A stretch of DNA of 64,000 nt from IMG/VR virus record IMGVR_UViG_3300047994_000025, positions 3,360 through 67,359 of that record; one strand, written 5' to 3'. Below the pieces are notes generated by a model that made no database searches, was not told the DNA's origin, and saw nothing but the letters and a program-made list of their open reading frames with translations. The position numbers and the translations under genes are program-made. This DNA comes from a virus. Positions 33,281 to 43,161 of this stretch are shown piece by piece (within the stretch, counting starts at the first letter, position 1; each line of letters starts with the position of its first letter).

Positions 33281-33610
33281 TTGATAACGCTTAATCCAGA
33301 ACAACGCGAAGCCGTCCCGTTCCTTCGTGCGGAACTCGCCAAGGGTGGCGAAATGACGTTCAACGCGCCGACCGGAGCCGGGAAGACGATCGTTCTTCTT
33401 GAAGCGATCCGGGACATTCCGCGCGTCGCGTACATATCGCGGAACCCGACCATGCATCGACAGACCGGGGAACTTGCAAAACAGATGGGTGTCACGAACC
33501 TGACGCACGTCGACCCGCGAACCGGGATGATCGGTTACTTCGAAGTCGTGATCGCGTGCGAGTCGGTTCGCGACGTCAAGATCAATCATCATTGCGTGGT
33601 GCGGCTGTGA
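33281..33610 (+). CDS. Stand-alone N-terminal SF2-helicase-like P-loop fragment
   Basis: LNPEQREAV (Q motif) and APTGAGKT (Walker A); only 109 aa. Confidence 0.6.
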   Translation: MITLNPEQREAVPFLRAELAKGGEMTFNAPTGAGKTIVLLEAIRDIPRVAYISRNPTMHRQTGELAKQMGVTNLTHVDPRTGMIGYFEVVIACESVRDVKINHHCVVRL

Positions 33611-34261
33611 ACGACATGATAACCCTTCGTCGTATTCTCATTCTTGCGTGCGCGCTGTGCCTGATCGGCGACCTTGTGCTTTTGCACAACGAACTGAAGG
33701 CGCAAGGAAAAGCATTCGTTGAACGGAGTCGGGTATGACATACGCGCGACTGATGATCGAAGCCGACGCGGCGGATCGGTGCAAACGTTGGCAAGAAGCC
33801 GCCGATATGTACACGAAGGCGTTGCACGTTCTATTGTTCAATGCGATGTTGCCGGTGACCGACGAACAGGTTCGTCATGTTCAGCACAAGCGCTTTATGT
33901 GCTTCATGCGGGTTCGATCCGCGACCAGTCGGCGTTAAGTCTCGCATGCATCATACGTGCCGCTCTTAGCGTTTCAAAGAGCGCTTCTTGCCGTACGCCT
34001 TCGTCATTGTCCCATCGGACGCGCCATCGCTTCCCACGTGGCACGTAGGGCCGGGAAAGTATCTCCTTGACGGCGCTTTCGTCCATCCCGAAGCGTTCCG
34101 CGATCAGACACGTTTCGACGTGATAGACGCGTGATAATTGATGAATTTTTTCGACGTCGCGCGGGGTGCACCGCTCTTCGTCACGTTGTGTTTTCGCCAA
34201 GCGTTTAAGTCTCCGTTTGGCCGCTTTTATCGCACTTCGTTGATTATTTCAACGGGTACTG

Positions 34262-34310
34262 TTGACACGTGTTCCGAAACGACTTATAAACGGGTCATCG
34301 CAACGGAGAA
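34262..34310 (+). promoter_or_regulatory. Representative sigma70-like early promoter with phage RBS
   Basis: TTGACA-N17-TATAAA...CAACGGAGAA; similar copies at 23397, 55040, 56942 (+) and 28033 (-). Confidence 0.75.
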
Positions 34311-35438
34311 CACGAACATGAACAAGGTACGCCGCAACGAACTGAACACCCTTCATGACCGGATAACTGAACTGAAGTCGAAGATCGAAGAAACGCTTCG
34401 TAACGCGGCTGAAGAAATGAGTAACATCCGGGATGACCTGAACGCGGTTCGTGACGACGAAGACGAAGCGTTCAACAATCTTTCCGAAGGTTTTCAGAAT
34501 TCGGAGCGCGGCGAAACGATGCAAGAGGCGATCAATCAGATGGACGAAGCAAGTGTGACACTTGACCGTTTGTCAGACGAAATCGACTTCGAAAATATCG
34601 AACGTCAGCTTGACGAAGCGTTTGAAGCTATTGAAAACGCCAAGGGTGAAGCCTGATCAACCACCACAACCCACGGAGAACAACGGACATGATCAACATC
34701 AAGCTCAAAGCGCACACTAGCACAGCGCCGACCACTACTGACGGCGTCTATCTGACCGACACAGGCGGCGACATCGTCGCGACCTTCGTATCGCTGGCAA
34801 CGTTCTACATCGTCACGGGCTTCAGAACCGTCGAAGCGTACAACGCGCATCAGGACCAACAGCCGACCAAGTTTCTTGTATGGGAAAGGAAGCACTGACG
34901 ATGTCGAAGATCACAGACGCCAACGACTTCGCCGACATGAAGGCACTTCGGAAGGTTGCACGAAACAAGCTGATCGAAGAGATTGAAGGCGGCGGGATGG
35001 ACGAAGGTCGCGTCTTCCTTCATCTGGTCGACGGTTACGAATTCACCGGTCACGGCACGACGTGTTTAAGCGTTGGTGACGCCGCCGAAATCGAATATGC
35101 GCTGTCGCTGATCGTCAAACAGGTGAAGAAATGACCGAGACGATCGACATCACGCCGACTTGGAAGGGCATTTTACCGGTTCTTACTCTGGCGTTAGAAC
35201 TCGGTTCCGACAAAGGCAGGGACTCGGCAAGGCAAGAACTTGCGCGAATGGCTGAAGCGGCTGATCGTTTCAGCGAAACAACTAAGGTCCGGGAAATGTT
35301 GGCGACAATGACCGGTCTCGTGAAGCTGAAGTACGGTAATTTAGACCCGGAAATATGGAAACTCATAACGGACGCTGAAGCGATTACCGGCAATCATTGC
35401 GAGCGCGTACCCGACGAAATTCCATTGAACAATATGGT

Positions 35439-37856
35439 CTAATTCGCAAAACCCTGTGCCATCAAGTAAGCCGCTGTCGATGTATCAACGCCAGCGGCTT
35501 TCAATTCGCGTTTGATCCACAGTACCGGGCGTGTACCGGCTTCGGCCATGATCATCTGCGAAGAGCGTCCGATTTCCACATAACCGAGCGTTTCGAGCGC
35601 GGCACGGCGGCGGGAACGGTTTGTACGAAGGCGCTTCGATTCTTCAAGCTGTGTGAGTGCTACCGACGAAATCCAGCCGTTCAGGAAGCCTTGACGTCCT
35701 TCGCCGATCGCTTCAAGCACTTCGTGTTCATAGTTACCCATCGACGCGCCGATCGCTTCATGAGTGCTTGACGTCTCCGGTGCACGGGCGCGCGCCGCGC
35801 CTGATCCGCATGGGTTATAATCCGGATGCAATTCACGGGTTTGAAGGTAGTGGGTCAGATACGCGAAGCCGCCGCCGCGAAGCCATTCCCACATGTCAGG
35901 GAAGTATCCGCCCGGAAAATCCCGATGCACGTCTTCGGCGGTCTGTTGCGCGGTGAAGAACGGCGCATAACGGCGCTGATTGGCGTCGATCGGAAGCGAG
36001 TTCTTGAAGTTGGAAAGGATGATCCAGTTCGACTTATTCGGGCGCATCGACTTCTTGCCGCCCTTTGCCTGCATTTCGATTTCGTCGGCGGTCAGCCACG
36101 TTTTCAGATTGTTTTCGACTTCGTACCGGCCTTCAAGCGTCAGTTCTTCGACCACGATCAGCAACCGGTTTTCAAGCCAGTCGTTGAACTTGTTCGCCAA
36201 GTCATCGCTGAACGGTTCGTGTGTGTACATCACGCCGACCGCGCGCTTCATGAACGCCGCGATCATCGACTTGCCGTTACCCGGTGCACCCTGAATGAAC
36301 GGAGCCCATTGGAACTTTTCGCCGGGGTTTTGCACGACCGCCGCAAGATACGTCCAAATGATTTCGCGGTCTCGGTCGTTCGGGAACAGCTTTTCGAAGT
36401 GCCGGAGCATCGGCGAGACGTCGCCGGGTTCAGATCGAACGTTCGGATCGGGCCGGTACACATTGACCTTGCGGTTCTCGATATGACCGAACGGAAGCTT
36501 CGGTTCAAACATCGTCGCTTCGACCTTCGGGAACTGGTGCGCGCGGTTCTCGGTGAACGCTTCGAATGCGTTCTTCGACGGACCTGTACCGTCTGCCGAC
36601 ATGATGAAAACGTGACCGCCGTATGTGGCTTTGAATTGCTCCGGCTTCAAGAACGTTCCGTTCGCGGTCAGCACTTGGTGAAGCGTTGACACATACACAC
36701 AGCCGCGAAACTTTTCGATCTGGTCTTGTATCAAGAGCATTTCTTGCGGCACGCCGAGAACTTCGCCGTCTTGTGCGACTGCGACCGTTCCAACGCCGGG
36801 GAGACCGGGAACACCCGGCAGTGTCGCGGCGGGCGCGGCTGGCAAGCGAGCTTCGCGCACGACGTTGTAAATCGCGGTACAGTTCTTGACGGCTTTCCCG
36901 ATCGTCAGCGCGCGATACGATTCGCGTTCGTATTTGTCCGGGCGATAGAGACCAGACATGCGGAACAGGCGATCCATGCGTTTGCCGTCCGCGCCGGTGA
37001 AGAACGCCAAGTGTGCGAGCAACGCCATGTCGGCGGCGGAATGATCGCCCGCATAGAACTTGTTCAGCATTTCCGCGTCGCCGCGCCATAGATCGCTGAT
37101 AGACGCCTTGTTGCCGAACATCGTCGCCAAGCCGCCACGGCTGGCAAGCATCAGCTTGATAAGTTCCTGATCGTCAGCCGGTCCCGTATATCCTTCACGT
37201 GGGCCGTCCGGAAGCTCTTCGGCGTGATTGATGGCTTCGGACGCCGGGAACGCGCTGACAAGCGACTGTGGCGCGTACGTGGCACCATTGAACGGAAGGA
37301 TCAGCGTTGATTCGACAGGCACGCGACCAAGACCGCGTTTCTTCGCGTCCGGGTAATTGATCGTACCGGGCAACCGAAGCAAGCGGTCGATATTCCAGCA
37401 ATGATCGGCGTTGAAGCGGTCGCAGATTCCACGGTTGATCTGTTCGATCGTCGCGATATCCGTCGACTCGGTAAGCCACCACAGCGCTTGAAGCCCGTTG
37501 CCGCTATCGATGACCACAGACGGCGCACCGCGCGCGATCAGGTCGTTATACGCGGCTTGCTTGTCCCACGTGGCGACGCCCTTCGGCGGATCGATGTCGA
37601 CGTGTGCGACTCGAGTCCCGACGATATTCGATTTGTTCGGCTTCTTGTTCAGTCCCGGCGTGACAAGGTTCACCGTGAAGTACGTGTTACGACCCTTCGC
37701 GTTCTCGGTCCTGACCCACGCCGTCGCACCTTCCCAATCCGCGCCGAAGAACCGACCGCTGACCGCGTGTTCGGTGTCGAACGCATCCGGAGTGATCGCG
37801 CACACGTGGATGTTCTGTGATGGCGCTAGATAGTCGCGAAGGAATATTTCAAGCAT
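35439..37856 (-). CDS. Primase-helicase (RepB-like primase, helical bundle domain, D5/DUF5906-like SF3 helicase)
   Basis: HVDID, IDSGNGLQALW, RLLRLPGT; DHSAADMAL...RLFRMSGLYR; GAPGNGKS...KFNDW...VEE. Confidence 0.88.
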   Translation of the reverse strand: MLEIFLRDYLAPSQNIHVCAITPDAFDTEHAVSGRFFGADWEGATAWVRTENAKGRNTYFTVNLVTPGLNKKPNKSNIVGTRVAHVDIDPPKGVATWDKQAAYNDLIARGAPSVVIDSGNGLQALWWLTESTDIATIEQINRGICDRFNADHCWNIDRLLRLPGTINYPDAKKRGLGRVPVESTLILPFNGATYAPQSLVSAFPASEAINHAEELPDGPREGYTGPADDQELIKLMLASRGGLATMFGNKASISDLWRGDAEMLNKFYAGDHSAADMALLAHLAFFTGADGKRMDRLFRMSGLYRPDKYERESYRALTIGKAVKNCTAIYNVVREARLPAAPAATLPGVPGLPGVGTVAVAQDGEVLGVPQEMLLIQDQIEKFRGCVYVSTLHQVLTANGTFLKPEQFKATYGGHVFIMSADGTGPSKNAFEAFTENRAHQFPKVEATMFEPKLPFGHIENRKVNVYRPDPNVRSEPGDVSPMLRHFEKLFPNDRDREIIWTYLAAVVQNPGEKFQWAPFIQGAPGNGKSMIAAFMKRAVGVMYTHEPFSDDLANKFNDWLENRLLIVVEELTLEGRYEVENNLKTWLTADEIEMQAKGGKKSMRPNKSNWIILSNFKNSLPIDANQRRYAPFFTAQQTAEDVHRDFPGGYFPDMWEWLRGGGFAYLTHYLQTRELHPDYNPCGSGAARARAPETSSTHEAIGASMGNYEHEVLEAIGEGRQGFLNGWISSVALTQLEESKRLRTNRSRRRAALETLGYVEIGRSSQMIMAEAGTRPVLWIKRELKAAGVDTSTAAYLMAQGFAN

Positions 37857-38369
37857 TTACACACGATTCTTGTATTCGGCGATATAGCGCCGGTAATCAT
37901 CCGGGGATGTCGCGAAGCCAGCGATTGCGCCGAGACTAGCCATGTGGGTTAGGCACGTCAACTGCGCGCGTTCGCGTTCGTTCGACGGGCGGTTCAGATC
38001 GCGCGGGTTCCACGATGCGTGTTTGACTTCGATGAACGTCGCGATACCGACAGTTCGACCGACATGACGCGGTTCGATGACCATCTTCGTGACGCCGATC
38101 AAGTCCGGGCTTCGCCAGTCTTTCCACCATGACGCTGAATCGTTGCCGAGACCGTAGCGAACCGGGCGTGTTTCAGTTTCCGCAACCCCGGCGTTGTTAC
38201 GACCGAGCCACCCGCCTTCGTACGGGGACGCAAGACGAATAAGGGACTGAATACGACCTTCCGACGAATCGTCTTCTTCGGCGACGCGCTCCGGCGTGAC
38301 GTGTGACAGGAAATCGGCAACCGCTTCTTGCGGAATATTCCACCGCGCCGCCCATTCGTGGAACAACAT
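37857..38369 (-). CDS. VRR-NUC family nuclease
   Basis: RNNAG...VRYGL...SPDLIG...FIEVK...Q...GAIAGF. Confidence 0.8.
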   Translation of the reverse strand: MLFHEWAARWNIPQEAVADFLSHVTPERVAEEDDSSEGRIQSLIRLASPYEGGWLGRNNAGVAETETRPVRYGLGNDSASWWKDWRSPDLIGVTKMVIEPRHVGRTVGIATFIEVKHASWNPRDLNRPSNERERAQLTCLTHMASLGAIAGFATSPDDYRRYIAEYKNRV

Positions 38370-38371
38370 CG

Positions 38372-38545
38372 TCAGATACCCGTTAGTTTCGCGGAAACAA
38401 GCGCGATGAACATGAACCCAAACGCAAGATAGAGACGAATCAAGCCGCCGAAAACGGTACGGCTTCGGATGATACCAATCAGAAAAAAGGCTGCAACGAT
38501 CGCGCTGAAAACCGTCAGCACGGAGCCGATGACTGTTGTGACCAT
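38372..38545 (-). CDS. Small two-TM membrane protein (57 aa)
   Basis: Hand-translated MVTTVIGSVLTVFSAIVAAFFLIG...; own TTGACA and AACGGAGA RBS upstream. Confidence 0.6.
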   Translation of the reverse strand: MVTTVIGSVLTVFSAIVAAFFLIGIIRSRTVFGGLIRLYLAFGFMFIALVSAKLTGI

Positions 38546-38579
38546 GTAAGGGGTTCTCCGTTGTGTTGCGTTTGATACG

Positions 38580-40292
38580 TCAGGCGGCGACGGGTGTCAA
38601 CCGCCGTTGCGTGTGTTCCCTGATCTTGCTTTCGAGTGCTTCGACTTCCGGTCTGGAATCAATGATTTGCGCGCTCATGACGTCAACACCAAACATCAGG
38701 TAAAACCGGCGATAGAGTTCCGAATCGCTTTCACGATGAACGTCACGACCGACGCCCGCCCAAATCGATATCGCGTCGGCAAGCCGGGTGTGTGCTTCCA
38801 ATAGTTCGCGGCGACGTTTCTTGACCGAATTGACCACCACTTCGGACGCACCGAGCGGAACCGCCGCTTCGACGTTTCGAAGCTTGTTGAATTGACCGTG
38901 AAGTCGTGCCATGAACTCCGGGCTGAATTCCGTAAGATCACCGTCGACAAACTCCGGCCCGCTGCGACCCACGGGTTCCGGCTTATGGTCACAATGCGGG
39001 CATTTCGATTTGACGCGTTCGTACGGCTGTTTGCAGTTCTTGCAATTGGTCAGCGGAATATCGTCTTCCTTTTCCCGCGTCTTCTTGCCCTTCTCTTCAC
39101 TAAGCAAGTACCAGCGCTTCGGGCTGGCTGGCATCTTGTGAATCATCCAATTGTTCACGTGATCAATGACAACACCCTTCGGCTTCTTACCCGCCGCCAT
39201 GGACGCAAGTCGACCTTCACGCGTCATCAGATCGAAGCCGGGAGCGTAAACCGGGCGGATCATGCGGCCCGCTTGCTGTCGGAACTTGCCGAGTGACATT
39301 GTCGGTCGACCCATCGACACGACTTCAACGCCGGGGATGTCAAGACCTTCGTCAAACAGGTCGACGTTCACAAGCTGCAACAACCGACCTTCGGCGAACT
39401 TGTCCATCAATCCGGCGCGCACCGAATCAGGTGTCTTGCCGGAGATTGCCGCCGCTGGTACACCGGCGCGATTGAACGCTTCAGCCGTCGCGATAGCGGT
39501 GTCGACGTCGACCACGAACGTGATACCGGCGAGACCCGCCACGTTATCAAGGTAGGTCTGAACGATGTCGCCGACGATCTTTGATTCGTGCGATTTCTTG
39601 CGAACCGCGTCGTTCTTCCATTCGCCAGTCGATTCGCTGATGTCGGCTTGTTCCATGACGATCGACGGCTTTTCGGCGATATACCGATAGTCGGACAAGA
39701 ATCCTTCTTCGATCATCCAAGCCGGTGTCGGACCTTCGACCATTTCATGAAACACACCGCCTTGCGAAAACGCCAGCGATCGACGGTCACAACGGAGCGG
39801 CGTCGCGGTCGCACCGAGACCCCACGCGTTCGACATCGCCTTCGGGATTTCACCGAACTGATTGTTCGAAAGGAAATGGTGCGCTTCGTCGCCGATCCAC
39901 AGGCGAACCGACGCGATCCATTGCTTCAGTTCTTCGAAGCGTTTGACAAGCGTCTGAATACTGACGACGCCGACCGGGCTTTGCTGATGAACGAACGACT
40001 GACCGAACCGCTTGACGTGGCGCGAAACGCACAGTGCGACCGTCGACTTCGATCCGACGACACGGTGATAGATACCGAGCAATGCGAGCGATTCGGACAA
40101 CTGCGCGACAAGCTCGGCGCGGTGCACTGACAAGCACGTCGGAACAGCCATGTCTTTGATGATCGACGCGACGGTGATCGTCTTGCCTGATCCGGTCGGT
40201 AGAACCGCTAGAACGTTCTTGTTCCCGCCGTTCCATGCATCATAGATTTTCTGTTTTACGTCGATCTGATACGAACGGAGATTCACCGTCAT
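38580..40292 (-). CDS. SF2 (DEAH) DNA helicase with C-terminal Zn ribbon
   Basis: LRSYQ, PTGSGKT, DEAHH, TATP, EGLDIP, QQAGR; CKNC...CPHC. Confidence 0.93.
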   Translation of the reverse strand: MTVNLRSYQIDVKQKIYDAWNGGNKNVLAVLPTGSGKTITVASIIKDMAVPTCLSVHRAELVAQLSESLALLGIYHRVVGSKSTVALCVSRHVKRFGQSFVHQQSPVGVVSIQTLVKRFEELKQWIASVRLWIGDEAHHFLSNNQFGEIPKAMSNAWGLGATATPLRCDRRSLAFSQGGVFHEMVEGPTPAWMIEEGFLSDYRYIAEKPSIVMEQADISESTGEWKNDAVRKKSHESKIVGDIVQTYLDNVAGLAGITFVVDVDTAIATAEAFNRAGVPAAAISGKTPDSVRAGLMDKFAEGRLLQLVNVDLFDEGLDIPGVEVVSMGRPTMSLGKFRQQAGRMIRPVYAPGFDLMTREGRLASMAAGKKPKGVVIDHVNNWMIHKMPASPKRWYLLSEEKGKKTREKEDDIPLTNCKNCKQPYERVKSKCPHCDHKPEPVGRSGPEFVDGDLTEFSPEFMARLHGQFNKLRNVEAAVPLGASEVVVNSVKKRRRELLEAHTRLADAISIWAGVGRDVHRESDSELYRRFYLMFGVDVMSAQIIDSRPEVEALESKIREHTQRRLTPVAA

Positions 40293-40294
40293 CG

Positions 40295-41206
40295 TTATGC
40301 CGCCTGTCGTACGCTTTGATCTAATGCGATCTGTTTGAAAAGGTGTGCAATCACTTCAACCGTCCACCCATTACCGAGCATCTTGTATCGTTGTGACTTC
40401 GGCGCAAAACCCGTGTAATTTTCGGGAACAGTCTGAAGTCTTTCGCATTCCAAGGGGGTCATTGCCCGCCATGTCGTAACACCGTTTTTCTGCGTTATAA
40501 CGGCAGTGCCACCAGAACCACAAGGATTACCGGCATTCCAAGCGCCAAGACATGCTGATTTTTCGTCAAGGTCTCGAAGATTTATGGACAATCTTTCGCG
40601 CGATAGTTTACCCTTTGATCCGCCAAAAAATTCGTCGTTCTTTTCAACCTTGTGTCTTGAAATATCCTTGACGTTGCCTTCAATGATGTCACGGATTGTC
40701 AGCTTTTTATCAATCCATTCATGAACCGGGAAATTCGTCCAATACAATCGTAATCGGTTTTGAGCACTAAAATCCGAACTGTTGATCAGTATTGGTTTTA
40801 CACCGAGAAACCCCGAAATGACGTCTTGCCAGTCCTGTTTCATGTTGACGTTTTCAAGTAAGAAATAACGCGGTTTGAGTTCTCGCATTAGTCGGACGAA
40901 CTCAAAAAATAGCTTTGATCGCGGGTCTTCAAAATTCAAACCTTGTCCGGCTGTGGAAAACCCTTGACACGGTGAACCACCCATCAAGAGCGATATTTGC
41001 GGCAAGCGATCGACATTGACTTTTGTCACGTCACCAAGCTGTACCGTACGTGGGAAATTTTGCTGCGTTACGGCAATTGCATGCTTGTCGATTTCCGACG
41101 CAAAGTAACGACCGTATTTCACGCCCGCGCGGTTCAACGCCAGTTGGCCGCAAGACATTCCATCGAAAAGCGAAGGCTTTTCGGAATAACGTGTGGATTT
41201 GTCCAT
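40295..41206 (-). CDS. C5-cytosine DNA methyltransferase whose native N-terminus (41689-41645) is displaced by an insertion
   Basis: SLFDG, GGSPCQ, LENV, QNRLRLYW, ERLQ, LGNGW; original start MTGDLFGGGFNVLSL lies 477 bp upstream. Confidence 0.9.
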   Translation of the reverse strand: MDKSTRYSEKPSLFDGMSCGQLALNRAGVKYGRYFASEIDKHAIAVTQQNFPRTVQLGDVTKVNVDRLPQISLLMGGSPCQGFSTAGQGLNFEDPRSKLFFEFVRLMRELKPRYFLLENVNMKQDWQDVISGFLGVKPILINSSDFSAQNRLRLYWTNFPVHEWIDKKLTIRDIIEGNVKDISRHKVEKNDEFFGGSKGKLSRERLSINLRDLDEKSACLGAWNAGNPCGSGGTAVITQKNGVTTWRAMTPLECERLQTVPENYTGFAPKSQRYKMLGNGWTVEVIAHLFKQIALDQSVRQAA

Positions 41207-41651
41207 GATATGTGCTATCCTGTTTTCGGATTAACGTGTGGATTGGAGAGCCTCGATGACCCTGAAGCCAGTGAGAGAAACCGTCGCCCGGATGGTTGAC
41301 CCGTATTCCTTCATGCCCGACAACAGCGGAGACGATTTGATCGGTGAGATGGTTCGGAACGGTCGAGATGATGCGCTTCGCAAGGCAGACCGCATCATCT
41401 CCGCAGTTCTCTCTGCGGACACGATGACCCTTCAAGAGCCTAAGCGTCCTAACCTCGATGCCAGCAATATGAAGTTCGGCAACTGCCATCAGTGCGGCGT
41501 TCGCGACAATCTCGGAATGACTGAAGATAACGCCCTTATCTGCGGGTCGTGCGCTGATGCCAATCACTTGGCTGACTGGATTGACTACGCTCGGGCGCTG
41601 CGTGGAATTATCTGTTCCGACTCCACACGTTAATCCGAACGCGGAAGCGAA
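41168..41651. mobile_element. Element E1: 470-bp transposase-less insertion with 7-bp target duplication
   Basis: AAGCGAA at 41168-41174 and 41645-41651; TTCGGA(A/T)TAACGTGTGGA at 41180 and 41225, inverted at 41622-41639; removal restores NVLSL|FDGMSCG. Confidence 0.85.
41256..41633 (+). CDS. E1 cargo: 125-aa protein with CxxC...CxxC zinc site
   Basis: GGAGAG RBS; CHQC and CGSC; stop codon lies inside the right repeat. Confidence 0.65.
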   Translation: MTLKPVRETVARMVDPYSFMPDNSGDDLIGEMVRNGRDDALRKADRIISAVLSADTMTLQEPKRPNLDASNMKFGNCHQCGVRDNLGMTEDNALICGSCADANHLADWIDYARALRGIICSDSTR

Positions 41652-41685
41652 AGCACGTTAAAACCGCCGCCGAACAAATCACCCG

Positions 41686-41880
41686 TCATCGTGAAGCGTA
41701 CCTTTTTAGAACTGCAATCAATGTGTTCAATTCGTTGACGGTGAACAGCGCGTACGGCTGATTCTGGTGATAGGTGTTCAGTCGCACCGTCACGACGTCG
41801 CCTTTTCGGGAAACGCCGAGATTACCTATGATTTCGACCTTTGTCGATTTCGGAACCCCGGCGAACAGATCACCCGACAT
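41686..41880 (-). CDS. Small hypothetical protein (N-terminal SGDLF)
   Basis: Coupled to neighbouring genes by overlaps. Confidence 0.6.
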   Translation of the reverse strand: MSGDLFAGVPKSTKVEIIGNLGVSRKGDVVTVRLNTYHQNQPYALFTVNELNTLIAVLKRYASR

Positions 41881-42301
41881 AACGGATCATTACCCCGGCT
41901 TCATCCGCCATTGTGTTCGCGGCGGTGAACTCTTCCTTCGGCATGGATGTTTCGCCCGGACCGACGACAACGCACGTGATACCGGCTTGAATGATCGACT
42001 TCATACAGCCGGAGCAAGGCGAATGCGTTGTGAAGATCGTACAGCCGAGCAACGACACTCCGTTACGTGCGGCGAAGGCGATTGCGTTTTGCTCGGCGTG
42101 GCTGGCGAACAGATACTTCGCCGGTCGTTCCCGACGTTCCGGAAGATCACGAACACCGCGCGGCGGACCGTTGAAGCCCGTCGACCTGATTTCGTTCGTA
42201 CCGGTGCCAGCGATCACCGCGCCGACCTGTGTCGAGTCTTTTGACATTGTCGCGGCATGTTCCGCGAAACCCATAAGATACTTGTCCCACTTGTCGCTCA
42301 T
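41870..42301 (-). CDS. dCMP deaminase
   Basis: SKD.STQVGAVI, TGFNGPPRG, HAEQNAI, PCSGC. Confidence 0.93.
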   Translation of the reverse strand: MSDKWDKYLMGFAEHAATMSKDSTQVGAVIAGTGTNEIRSTGFNGPPRGVRDLPERRERPAKYLFASHAEQNAIAFAARNGVSLLGCTIFTTHSPCSGCMKSIIQAGITCVVVGPGETSMPKEEFTAANTMADEAGVMIRYVG

Positions 42302-42474
42302 TTCCGACCCCAACTTAAGGCGGCATTGAACACGAAGCCTTGTGCCGACGCGACCACGAAACCGAAGAAATAGGAAGACCAGTCAACCGGCCCGCTGTAC
42401 CACGTCCGCGCGATCGGATAGACCGCCGCGCACAACGCAAATCCAATAATCCAACGTCCTACTGTGTTCATCAT
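42298..42474 (-). CDS. Small membrane protein (58 aa)
   Basis: Hand-translated MMNTVGRWIIGFALCAAVYP...; ATGA overlaps on both sides. Confidence 0.55.
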   Translation of the reverse strand: MMNTVGRWIIGFALCAAVYPIARTWYSGPVDWSSYFFGFVVASAQGFVFNAALSWGRK

Positions 42475-43022
42475 GCGGACACCGGACGGGAAAGCTTCGC
42501 CTTGGCGGCTGCAACAACCTTTGCTTGGTGGATTGCGTCATCAAGGGCGTAGTGTTTGACACCGACGAATTCGACCGTCTTTTGATCGAATTCGGAAATA
42601 TCGATCAAAGTTCGAAGGCAGCGCGGCGCGCGGAAGTGCCATGGCAAGTTCCCCTTGTTGCACGCGTAATAAGCCGCTTCGGTTAACCCGACGTCGAACT
42701 GTGGCGGCTTCGCCCATAGCTGTTTCACTTCGTACGCGCCGCGATACCATTCGGTAAACGAATCGAGCGCTTCAGGAAGTGGACGGCGATCGTTCATCAG
42801 GAAGTGTCGGGCTTTGAGGAATTCCGGATCGGTCGCCCATAGACGACGCGTTGTTTCGTCTATGCACAAGCCATGATCAAGCGATGACCACAGGTCGATG
42901 TTCACATAGAACCGATCGACAATCACGCCGTCGTTGGGGTCGAAAGCACATGCGCCGATTGACAATACGACCGCGCCGGGGTGCTTTCCAAGTGTTTCGA
43001 TATCAATTGATACGTCAACCAT
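42471..43022 (-). CDS. DEDDh 3'-5' exonuclease (DUF5051-like)
   Basis: IDIETLG, SIGAC, FD, HYALDDA. Confidence 0.88.
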   Translation of the reverse strand: MVDVSIDIETLGKHPGAVVLSIGACAFDPNDGVIVDRFYVNIDLWSSLDHGLCIDETTRRLWATDPEFLKARHFLMNDRRPLPEALDSFTEWYRGAYEVKQLWAKPPQFDVGLTEAAYYACNKGNLPWHFRAPRCLRTLIDISEFDQKTVEFVGVKHYALDDAIHQAKVVAAAKAKLSRPVSA

Positions 43023-43161
43023 GCTAAAGGTTCTCCGTTCATTAGCGGGTGTCAAATCGCATGGATTAACGATCTATGTCAAATGCAAAATACCTGTTGA
43101 CAGGTGACGCCGTTCAAGCATACAAGCCAAACCGTCAACGGCAACACGGAGAAAATTGCAC

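Larger units (their letters stand above)
29011..35442 (+). other. Early/accessory region of >20 small ORFs (HTH-like, Zn-finger, LFSEDLW-ending and coiled-coil proteins)
   Basis: Dense coupled ORFs with repeated promoters (~30814, ~32846, 34262) and AACGGAGA RBSs. Confidence 0.7.

Noticed and set aside
41180-41243. Repeat-spacer-repeat in E1/E2 read as a mini-CRISPR array
   Set aside because: Only two short direct copies plus an inverted third, and no cas operon; the Cas4-like gene is the usual phage replication-module nuclease
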